This document shows positions 1 through 7,486 of a stretch of 31,997 nt of DNA, piece after piece. The notes below the pieces were generated by a model. That model was not told where the DNA came from, did no database searches, and was given only the letters and a program-made list of their open reading frames with translations. The first letter of the stretch is position 1; the number at the start of each line of letters is the position of its first letter. The stretch comes from an uncultured Methanosarcinales archaeon (GTDB taxonomy: Archaea > Nanobdellota > Nanobdellia > Woesearchaeales > GW2011-AR9): positions 1 through 31,997 of the forward strand of contig CAYJVI010000002.1 in NCBI GenBank assembly GCA_964373595.1, written 5' to 3'. The translations under genes and the position numbers were made by a program.

Positions 1-87
1 GCTTTTCTATACTCCAAAATATCATTAAAGTGCTTCAGAAAGCTAAACAATTACGTGAAAAAGACCGCAGAAAAATCAGTATTTTGT

Positions 88-639
88 TTATCCTAACCCA
101 AATTCTGCCACCACTTTATAAATCGGCCCTTCCGGTGTCAATTCACTTTCGTACAAAATCAATCTGTCCACGGTCATTTTCCCAAACTCTTTCTTTTCCA
201 CGCCTCTCAAAAATTCCTGTAATTTTTCCTTATTCTTTCCCGTTTTAACTCGGGCAATAGTCAGATGGGGAATTTCCTCCTGGTGATCATTCTTTTTAAT
301 ATAGTTCAACTCTTTATCGACTGCTTTCATCAACACTGCCAACGAAGAATCTTCTACCCCAATCCAAACCACATTTATCCTCTCCAGGGATGGAAAAACA
401 CCCGCGCCTTTCACAGTTATTTCTGATTTCTTATTATTACCGGCAACTTTCTGCAGTTTCTCTTGAATTTCGGGAATTTTGGTATCAGCAACATCGCCCA
501 GAAATTTAAAAGTAAAATGTACCTTTTCCAAAGAAACTAATTTCAGCTCTGCGCCGGTTTCCACTAAACCCTGCACTACTGGGGCAAGAGCCTTCTTAAT
601 TTCCTCAGAAATCGGTACAGCAACGAACAACCGTTTCAT
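88..639 (-). CDS. thpR: RNA 2',3'-cyclic phosphodiesterase (2'-5' RNA ligase, 2H family)
   Basis: 183 aa; N-terminal MKRLFVAV and two HxT motifs (HFTFKFLG, PHLTIARVK); C-terminal LYESELTPEGPIY typical of the family. Confidence 0.93.
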   Translation of the reverse strand: MKRLFVAVPISEEIKKALAPVVQGLVETGAELKLVSLEKVHFTFKFLGDVADTKIPEIQEKLQKVAGNNKKSEITVKGAGVFPSLERINVVWIGVEDSSLAVLMKAVDKELNYIKKNDHQEEIPHLTIARVKTGKNKEKLQEFLRGVEKKEFGKMTVDRLILYESELTPEGPIYKVVAEFGLG

Positions 640-642
640 TCT

Positions 643-957
643 CTACTTCTCTTCGCCGAAATCTTCCGTTTCCTCGTACTTATGCTCATGCTCAGTCGCT
701 TCCTCTTCCAGTTCCCTGGCAGAAATCGTGGCATATCCTTTGCTTTCCGGCCGTTCTAGTTTTTTCACCGATTCCGCAAAACCCACATTGGCTAAAACTT
801 TAGTGACTCTTACCTTTAAGAATTCTCCTTTGGCAGCTCCGGGAACAAACAACACAAATCCCTTCACCTTTGCGATCCCATCACCCTTGCCGCCTACGCC
901 GGTGATGTATACGTCGTATTCTTCTCCCACTTTCACGGGAGCTTCATTTCCATTCAT
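643..957 (-). CDS. Stand-alone TRAM-domain protein (archaeal RNA chaperone) with acidic C-terminal tail
   Basis: APVKVGEEYDVYITGVGGKGDGIAKVKGFVLFVPGA...VRVTKVLANVGFAE; SD GGAGGT upstream; 3-nt gap to thpR start. Confidence 0.88.
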   Translation of the reverse strand: MNGNEAPVKVGEEYDVYITGVGGKGDGIAKVKGFVLFVPGAAKGEFLKVRVTKVLANVGFAESVKKLERPESKGYATISARELEEEATEHEHKYEETEDFGEEK

Positions 958-1034
958 GTCTTTATGACCTCCTTGAAATTTTTGTTGAAAAAAGAGGGGT
1001 TACTATAAAAAGCTAATGTCAAAAAACATATTGG

Positions 1035-2078
1035 CTAATATCTTTGAACTAAATCTTCAAGAACATCTAATTTCACGCCAGCTTCATTCAACCATTTCCT
1101 GGCCAGTTCACCCTTCTGGTATCTTCTTCTGGCTACTACTCTTTCAATCCCTGAGTTTATGATTGACTTTGTACAATCCCTGCAAGGTTCCATTCCAACA
1201 TACAAAGTCGCACCTTCAACATCGACGCTATGCTTAGCTGCTTGTGAAAGGGCATTCTGTTCGCAATGAGCTGTCCTAATGCAATGTTGAGAATGAGATT
1301 TATCTTCATTTATTCTCTCCTCCATTAAATGGCCTGCTTCGTCACAATGGGACAAGCCAGCTGGAGCGCCCACATATCCTGTAGCTAATATCTGCCTATC
1401 TTTTACAATCACCGCAGCCGCCATTCCCCTATCGCACGTTCCTCTTTTTGCTACGGCGTCCATTATTCCCAAAAAATACTCATCCCAGCTTGGGCGTTCC
1501 AGCGCTTTTAATATATCATTTACCTGAGAATAAAGCACCCTTTCAGTTCCAACTCCATGGTTAAAGATATGATGTTGAACCTGCGGAATACATAATCCCA
1601 CTTGCTGGCCGGCATCAGCAGTATAAAAGGCTCGCGAATCGCGTTCAGCGAATTCGTCTAAACTAATCTGTTCTCCTTCTTTTTTTCTCGCGTTGAATCG
1701 TTGCCATCGGTCATATAATGGCGCATGGACAGCAATAAGAGAAAAACGCACCTTGCTTCGTAAAGACTTTACTTCATCTGGATGCCGTATTGAATCGATA
1801 ACATAACGCGTATTGGCAGCAAGTTTGTTCATAGTCCTTTCTGCAAGAACATTATTGCCATGTCCTTCTCGTAGTTCTCTTCCCAAGGCGATTAAAGTTT
1901 CAGTCTTATGATCTAATCCTCTGGCGGTTGCTTCTTCCCGGATAGTATCAGAAAGAGAATGATACTGAAAACCATACTGGTCTTTTAAGTAAGCTGCAAC
2001 CGTGCCTTTTCCACTGCAATCAAAGCCTACTAAACCAATGATGGGATTAGCTTTTAATTGGTACATCTCGTCTGCCAT
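1035..2078 (-). CDS. Fusion: N-terminal P-loop NMP/dephospho-CoA-kinase-like domain + C-terminal dCMP deaminase (ComEB-like)
   Basis: Walker A GFDCSGKGT near the N-terminus; C-terminal RPSWDEYF, HxE (AHCEQN) and PCxxC (EPCRDC) Zn motifs. Confidence 0.88.
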   Translation of the reverse strand: MADEMYQLKANPIIGLVGFDCSGKGTVAAYLKDQYGFQYHSLSDTIREEATARGLDHKTETLIALGRELREGHGNNVLAERTMNKLAANTRYVIDSIRHPDEVKSLRSKVRFSLIAVHAPLYDRWQRFNARKKEGEQISLDEFAERDSRAFYTADAGQQVGLCIPQVQHHIFNHGVGTERVLYSQVNDILKALERPSWDEYFLGIMDAVAKRGTCDRGMAAAVIVKDRQILATGYVGAPAGLSHCDEAGHLMEERINEDKSHSQHCIRTAHCEQNALSQAAKHSVDVEGATLYVGMEPCRDCTKSIINSGIERVVARRRYQKGELARKWLNEAGVKLDVLEDLVQRY

Positions 2079-2165
2079 GATTATCTTTTCCCAAAGGTCT
2101 TTTTAAGGATTATTAGCTTAGAAAAGATGTATCAAAAAACATTTTTCGAATAAAGTTGCAAAAGA

Positions 2166-2173
2166 TTAATTAA
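2166..2173 (+). promoter_or_regulatory. Putative TATA box of the SDR gene
   Basis: TTAATTAA preceded by A-rich BRE-like AAAAGA, 22 nt before the ATG at 2196. Confidence 0.5.
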
Positions 2174-2195
2174 GAGCTGATTTTCAGGTATAAAA

Positions 2196-3239
2196 ATGAC
2201 CGAAAATCCATTCAAAGCGTATGTTGTGACTGGAGCTGCTGGATTTCTTGGCTCGCAGATGGTCTGGCACTTGCTTAGGGAAGGCAAAGGAGTAATAGCT
2301 ACTGATATGAAAGAACCGTGGTGGCTTGCACAGTATCAACAGAAATATGGGAGAGCTCTCAAATTTGAGCCGGCAAACCTTACCGACAAAAACTCGTTAG
2401 AAGAAGCGCTCAAAAATACAAGGTATCTTTTTCACTTTGCAGCACTCTTTAATCATAGCGCCGATCTAAAACTTCTCATGGATGTAAATGCAACAGGAAC
2501 TAAAAACGTGTTTACTGCCGCGCTTCATAATAGCATTGAACGAGTTATCCATATCGGAAGCATGTCTGTCTATGGACATGATCAGGTTGCAGAAAATGAT
2601 TCAAAATATGCTATAACAGAAGAAAAAAAAACTAACCCGGCTGATCCGTATGCAAAATCCAAACAAGTCAGCAGGGAAATTGCTGCTGGTTTCAATGGTA
2701 AAGGAGGTCTCGAAGTAGCCATTGTTGATCCTGCCGGTATTTTCGGCCCTTACAGTTACTATGGCAATGCAGAATTGATCGACATGCTGCTAAAAGGAGC
2801 GATGCTTCTTCCTGACGGAGGAAAACACCGAGCTTCCATGGTCCATTCTCGGGATGTAGTTAGAATTTGTGATTACCTGATGCATCATCCTGAACTTTCC
2901 TCAGGACAAGACCCGCAAAAAATATCGTATTTGGCATCTGACACTACCCCCGTAACTGGAAAAGAATTGCTGGAAATGATTTGGAATGAAATTCCGGAAA
3001 AACTACAAAAAACAACTTTGAAAGCAATAACCAGAACAATTCCCTTAAAAAGATGGTTTGTCAAACCTATTGCCAGAATTTCTAAGCAGTATCAAATAAT
3101 GTATGGTTTTGGAGATCATTCGGCTAGTCCGGAAAAAATTCTCAGCTTAGGTTATGAACTACAATTTCCGGAAACTAAACAAACCATAAAAGAAGTTATG
3201 GATTGGCATAAAGAAAAAGGACTTATGCACAAGAAATGA
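2196..3239 (+). CDS. Extended SDR, NAD-dependent epimerase/dehydratase (3-beta-HSD/DFR-like)
   Basis: VVTGAAGFLG Rossmann motif, HFAAL, GSMSVYG, catalytic YxxxK (YAKSK). Confidence 0.88.
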   Translation: MTENPFKAYVVTGAAGFLGSQMVWHLLREGKGVIATDMKEPWWLAQYQQKYGRALKFEPANLTDKNSLEEALKNTRYLFHFAALFNHSADLKLLMDVNATGTKNVFTAALHNSIERVIHIGSMSVYGHDQVAENDSKYAITEEKKTNPADPYAKSKQVSREIAAGFNGKGGLEVAIVDPAGIFGPYSYYGNAELIDMLLKGAMLLPDGGKHRASMVHSRDVVRICDYLMHHPELSSGQDPQKISYLASDTTPVTGKELLEMIWNEIPEKLQKTTLKAITRTIPLKRWFVKPIARISKQYQIMYGFGDHSASPEKILSLGYELQFPETKQTIKEVMDWHKEKGLMHKK

Positions 3240-3294
3240 AGAAAAACACTTCATTTCTGTGCCGAAAATAACTCTTGTGGGTTATTTTCAAAAC

Positions 3295-3302
3295 TTTAAT
3301 AA
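3295..3302 (+). promoter_or_regulatory. Putative TATA box of the CrtI-family gene
   Basis: CAAAAC-TTTAATAA, 23 nt before the ATG at 3326. Confidence 0.45.
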
Positions 3303-3325
3303 ATAAGTTATCTCCAGGGATATAC

Positions 3326-5038
3326 ATGGACAAGGAAAAAGTAGTGGTTGTTGGCGCTGGTTTTGGCGGATTAACCGCGGCATTAAACATAGCTAAGGAA
3401 CGTCCGGATAAAGAAGTGATTCTAGTTGAGGCTCACGATAAAGTAGGCGGTCTGGCGCAAGCTTGGCAGCGAACTCCTAAATTGGAAGGGGGAAAGTATG
3501 ACCAACAAAAAGTAAGAACAACATATGAACTTACTCACGCTATCTCCGGAATGCATGAAGGAGGAACATTCTACAACTATTTCAAAGATTTAGGTGTTGA
3601 CTGGGATAGGATTGGAGGAATGGGAGCTTATTCCAGATTTGCACAATATATCACTCCCAAAGAAAAACCGTTGATATGGTTAAACACTCTCGGTGAAAAT
3701 TATATCAATCTGTCCCGGAATTATCCTGGGAAACTAAAGGAAATAAATGGATTCTTTAAATTTATGTGCGATATGGAAGAAGAGCGCCGGCCTTCTTCTG
3801 AATTTAAAAAAAGTTTAGAGGAAAGAGTAGCGCCTTCCATTGAAAGATTGCCTCTTCCTCAATTGGCAAAATTCCCATTCCAAGCCGCACTATTTGGATT
3901 TACCAGGCCAAATTTTGTTAAATATCGCAACCATACCTTTGGGGATATACTTGACAAATTCTTTAAAGGAAATGATTCGGATACGGAAAAAATCAGGACC
4001 ACTTTATCCATGTTATATGCATATATTGTTTTGCCCCCTTCTCAAGCATCGGGAAATTTAATGTCCTTGATGCTTCTGACGTATGCGTTTGATGGGGGTC
4101 CGCAAGCTCCTTTAAAAACTTCTTTCCAAGGAATCCCTGATGAATTTGCCAGAACCATAAAAGAAGTATATGGGGGGCAAGTCAAATTAAATTCAAAAGT
4201 GACCGGAATAGAAGTTGACCATGGAAGAATAAGCAAAGTAAGAGTAAACCGGAAGGGAAGACATAACAAAGAATATACTATAGATACGAACTGCGTGGTT
4301 CTTGCTGGCGACATAAATACCATGGTCATCAAACTTTTAAGAGATAATTTGCCCCAAAGATATATCAACAAACTTGAAAGGTATGAAATGTCGCTTTCAC
4401 TGATGGCCACGCACGTTATTACTGATTTACCTTTAGAACAGATGAGGGATAAACTAGATTATGCTGCAAATATAATTGCTTCTTCCAATGCGGCAATAGA
4501 ATTGGAAAATGAACATAATTTTCCCTTAGAAGGAGATCTTTCATCCGGAGAATTTGTGATTTATGTAAATACTCCGACCTTGCTCCGCCCGGATGCCGGT
4601 CTTATAACCGAAAGAAGAAAAGGGGGCAAGCCGATAAGAGACCTTCATTTAATTGACATAGTCATGCGCAGTAGAAATTATGGAATGTTAAAACATCTTA
4701 AAAGCAGCGACCCGCAAGGATATCAAAATTTGAAAAAGAATTATATGGAAAGGATGATTGAAATTACTGATAAAATGCTTATTCCAGGTTTATCAGAAAG
4801 AATTTTACACAGAGAAATGTACACCGGAGCTACATTTGATGATTATGGCAACCCGACTGAAGGATCCATATTTTCAATTGCGCCCACCATTGCCGGGTTT
4901 GTTCCCAACAGACCTTCTGTATATCTGCCGATCGAAGGGGCTTTCCTGGCCGGATCTGCAATTCTTGCTGGCGGGGTCGGTGGTGCAATAGACGGATCCC
5001 GGGCAGCAGCTAGAGAAGTTATCAAATATCTTAAATAA
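3326..5038 (+). CDS. FAD-dependent oxidoreductase, phytoene desaturase (CrtI)/retinol saturase superfamily
   Basis: Start moved from the track's TTG at 3275 to the ATG at 3326 (AGGGA upstream, followed directly by VVVVGAGFGGLTAA...EAHDKVGG); family-like C-terminus YTGATFDDY...GSIFS and GAFLAGS...GGVGGA. Confidence 0.82.
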   Translation: MDKEKVVVVGAGFGGLTAALNIAKERPDKEVILVEAHDKVGGLAQAWQRTPKLEGGKYDQQKVRTTYELTHAISGMHEGGTFYNYFKDLGVDWDRIGGMGAYSRFAQYITPKEKPLIWLNTLGENYINLSRNYPGKLKEINGFFKFMCDMEEERRPSSEFKKSLEERVAPSIERLPLPQLAKFPFQAALFGFTRPNFVKYRNHTFGDILDKFFKGNDSDTEKIRTTLSMLYAYIVLPPSQASGNLMSLMLLTYAFDGGPQAPLKTSFQGIPDEFARTIKEVYGGQVKLNSKVTGIEVDHGRISKVRVNRKGRHNKEYTIDTNCVVLAGDINTMVIKLLRDNLPQRYINKLERYEMSLSLMATHVITDLPLEQMRDKLDYAANIIASSNAAIELENEHNFPLEGDLSSGEFVIYVNTPTLLRPDAGLITERRKGGKPIRDLHLIDIVMRSRNYGMLKHLKSSDPQGYQNLKKNYMERMIEITDKMLIPGLSERILHREMYTGATFDDYGNPTEGSIFSIAPTIAGFVPNRPSVYLPIEGAFLAGSAILAGGVGGAIDGSRAAAREVIKYLK

Positions 5039-5040
5039 AT

Positions 5041-5079
5041 ATGAAAAATAATCTAAAAAAAATAAAAAAATTCTGAATT
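5041..5079 (-). terminator. Oligo-U tract after radA (convergent with the oxidoreductase gene)
   Basis: Minus strand reads TTTTTTTATTTTTTTAG shortly after the radA stop; archaeal terminators are U-rich. Confidence 0.4.
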
Positions 5080-6045
5080 TTATTCTGCGTCTCTGATGCC
5101 GCCTTCGAGAACTTCAAATACAGTTTCGCCGTCAGCAAGATTAGGGGCATCAATCAGCTTCGCAACTCTCGTTCCTTTCCTGCCTTTTCGCAGGTAAATC
5201 CTGAAGGTAGAGGCATGCGCCACGATGTGACCGCCAATCGAGGTGGTAGGATCGCCAAAGAATTGATCCGGCTTGGCCATCACTTGGTTGGTCACATACA
5301 CACAAACGTTATAGGCGCTGGCAACTTTTGCCAAGGCGTGCATGTGCCTATTCAATTTCTGCTGGCGCTCTGCTAAAGTACCTCTGCCAATGAATTCAGC
5401 CCGAAAATGCGCGGTCAGCGAATCGACTACCACCAAGCGGACATTCTTTCCCTGCTTGGCGATCAAGTCTTCAATCTTTTCCGTCAGCAGCATCTGATGA
5501 TCAGAATTATAGGCTCTTGCCACCATAATTCTGGAAAGTACATCTTCTACATCAATACCTGCGCCTTCCGCAAACTGCTTTATCCTTTCTGGACGGAAGG
5601 TGTTCTCAGTATCAATGTACACTACTGTCGCAGTAGAATCTTCTTTCAGGGCATTGACTGTTAATAGATGGCCTATTTGCGTTTTTCCGGAACCAAATTC
5701 ACCAAAGCATTCCGTGATAGCTCCGCTTTCAAACCCGCCACCCATTAAAGTATTAAAACTTGCAGAACCGGTGGAAAGCTTGGTGACCGATTCTCGCCGC
5801 CGCAATACATCCATGCCCGTTTCAAAACCCATCTTCATGCTGTCTCTTGCGGCATTAATCATTTTCCGCGCTACTGCTTCTGAAACGCCGGCAACTTCCA
5901 CTAATTCGCCTATGGAAGAAACGGCAACAGACATAAGATCATTATATCCTGCGCTTTCCAGCTTTTCTGCCGTTGCGGCTCCGACGCCCGGCAAATCCGT
6001 TAAGGTTAATTTTTCCATTTTTAACACTACTTTTGCTTCAGTCAT
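5080..6045 (-). CDS. radA: DNA repair and recombination protein RadA
   Basis: N-terminal HhH LTDLPGVGAATAEKL, Walker A GEFGSGKTQ, YIDTENTFRPER, VVDSLTAHFRAEF, TNQV, GGHIVAH; SD GGGGTG. Confidence 0.97.
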   Translation of the reverse strand: MTEAKVVLKMEKLTLTDLPGVGAATAEKLESAGYNDLMSVAVSSIGELVEVAGVSEAVARKMINAARDSMKMGFETGMDVLRRRESVTKLSTGSASFNTLMGGGFESGAITECFGEFGSGKTQIGHLLTVNALKEDSTATVVYIDTENTFRPERIKQFAEGAGIDVEDVLSRIMVARAYNSDHQMLLTEKIEDLIAKQGKNVRLVVVDSLTAHFRAEFIGRGTLAERQQKLNRHMHALAKVASAYNVCVYVTNQVMAKPDQFFGDPTTSIGGHIVAHASTFRIYLRKGRKGTRVAKLIDAPNLADGETVFEVLEGGIRDAE

Positions 6046-6047
6046 GG

Positions 6048-6332
6048 TTAATTTACACCCCCTTTAAATAAATCTTGCTCCTGCAGTACCACATGCTCGT
6101 ACGCTTTCTGTAATACTACCTGCGCTTTCGGCAAATCAGTTATACGCAAAGAATTGGTAGACTGCCACTTCCCGGTCTTATCCGTATAGCTTCTCTCAAT
6201 GGAAATTGTCTTGTATTCGGACTCTTCCCCATTTGCTTTTTGGCTCTTGTTGTGCCATACTGTTGCAGAAATAGCTCCTGCCCTAAATTTTTTTTCAGGG
6301 AAATTTCCCTGTACTTGTTGTGTTTGTGTCAT
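6048..6332 (-). CDS. Small conserved-looking protein, putative ssDNA/RNA-binding (PC4/Whirly-like beta-sheet + helix)
   Basis: 94 aa from the ATG at 6332 (SD GAGGTG); PEKKFRAGAISATVWHN...SIERSYTDKTGKWQSTNSLRITDLPKAQVVLQKAY; its stop lies 2 nt from the radA start; fold assignment is inference. Confidence 0.6.
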   Translation of the reverse strand: MTQTQQVQGNFPEKKFRAGAISATVWHNKSQKANGEESEYKTISIERSYTDKTGKWQSTNSLRITDLPKAQVVLQKAYEHVVLQEQDLFKGGVN

Positions 6333-6437
6333 TTTCGACACCTCTTGCTTTCGCATTTTATTTCAAACCACGGCTAATTTTAACCATGGCGAGGCGCAAC
6401 TCATTTTGAGCTGCTGGGATACTGAGGCTTGGGGTTG

Positions 6438-6445
6438 TTTATATA
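6438..6445 (-). promoter_or_regulatory. Putative TATA box for the small-protein/radA operon
   Basis: TATATAAA on the minus strand, ~105 nt upstream of the ATG at 6332. Confidence 0.45.
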
Positions 6446-6454
6446 GTCTAGCCG

Positions 6455-6554
6455 GGGTTGTCCAGTGCGGGAGTGGGTAGGTCAAGAATGGCTAAAATAA
6501 GAAAATTTTTGAGAATTACTGGTTAATGAGGTTTGTCCAGTGGGTTGTCCAGTG
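6455..6554. repeat. 13-bp direct repeat GGGTTGTCCAGTG (6455-6467, 6542-6554) plus partial copy TTGTCCAGTG (6533-6542)
   Basis: Read directly from the sequence; copies flank an AT-rich tract at ~6493-6520. Confidence 0.8.
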
Positions 6555-6945
6555 GATGAGATTTCCTACTTATTTTAGTATTGTCTGAGAAATAGATATC
6601 AATATCAGAAACTCTTTCCCCATTTTCATTCATTTCTAATCCCATACAGCTCTGCTTTAGCTGATAAGGATTCACATCCAGAGTCGCTCTTACCAAGTAG
6701 CCTGAAAACCTTATTTCGTGTACTGCAAAGATAGGATGTCGAAATATTTCCAAGTCTCGCGAATACTTTGTATAGATTACTGAAAATTCAGGATGCGTCG
6801 CTTCAAGTGACTTGATGACTCTGTCAACATACATCTTCAAGTCCATTTTATTGTAAGACTCGCTCCAGATTTCTAAATCTATATATTCTTTCTTGAACAG
6901 ATGCATTACTCTTTGGACTAACGACAGCTGTGACATAAAAATCAT
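6523..6945 (-). CDS. CitX-like protein (apo-citrate lyase phosphoribosyl-dephospho-CoA transferase-like), divergent
   Basis: LKQSCMGLE...GERVSDIDIY...KISRK resembles the CitX pattern LK..xx.LE...GRLxDIDV....ISR; TTTATAAA at 6960-6967 upstream; start could be 6936. Confidence 0.45.
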   Translation of the reverse strand: MIFMSQLSLVQRVMHLFKKEYIDLEIWSESYNKMDLKMYVDRVIKSLEATHPEFSVIYTKYSRDLEIFRHPIFAVHEIRFSGYLVRATLDVNPYQLKQSCMGLEMNENGERVSDIDIYFSDNTKISRKSHPLDNPLDKPH

Positions 6946-6988
6946 GAATTAGGAACTCATTTATAAAAATAACTAAGAAGAACGTTGC

Positions 6989-7486
6989 TTAACCCCTCTT
7001 CGGCACATATAACATCTCACCTTTCACCCAAAATTCGAAAGAGGCTATACGTTTTTTCCTTACGTCTTCAAAGACTAACGTAAATCTATCTTTTCGGACG
7101 CCATCAACATAAATATTATCCTGGGGGCAAATAAAATCTAAACAAACCCCTTCTTCTTTAAATCTTTTATTTAATGGGCCGATGTATAATGAACTGAAAT
7201 ATCCGCTCCTTGGATCAACAACTGTATCTTTTTCTAAAGTATTTTCTAAAAGGCCGCCATATAAGGAATTTGGATTTTCGGTTTTAGAACCAGTAAATGT
7301 GATCTTTCCTCCATCATCACGCACAATAGTTATACATTTATCTCTCGCAACAACTTCTCCTTCAAAAAGCACTAAACCACCTAAATATCCCCGGGAAATG
7401 GCAATAAGATTATTGTGGGCCGCTTTCTCTCTTTTTTGAGTATCATACCCCAACTCCATCAACTTACTAACCAGCTTATCTTCCAT
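6989..7486 (-). CDS. Hypothetical protein (ORFan-like, AT-rich)
   Basis: 165 aa from the ATG at 7486 with GGAG upstream, overlapping the RPA stop; no recognisable motif. Confidence 0.6.
   Translation of the reverse strand: MEDKLVSKLMELGYDTQKREKAAHNNLIAISRGYLGGLVLFEGEVVARDKCITIVRDDGGKITFTGSKTENPNSLYGGLLENTLEKDTVVDPRSGYFSSLYIGPLNKRFKEEGVCLDFICPQDNIYVDGVRKDRFTLVFEDVRKKRIASFEFWVKGEMLYVPKRG

Noticed and set aside
1-87. Possible gene start at the left edge
   Set aside because: Too little sequence to support a call
479-967. 162-aa plus-strand ORF (likewise 5600-6067, 12795-13235, 28602-29102 and other short track ORFs)
   Set aside because: All overlap recognised genes on the opposite strand or in another frame, with no independent evidence
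6357-6522. Possible tRNA or CRISPR in the GC-richer intergenic region
   Set aside because: No cloverleaf or TTC-loop motif and no regularly spaced repeats; only the two hairpins and the direct repeat reported above
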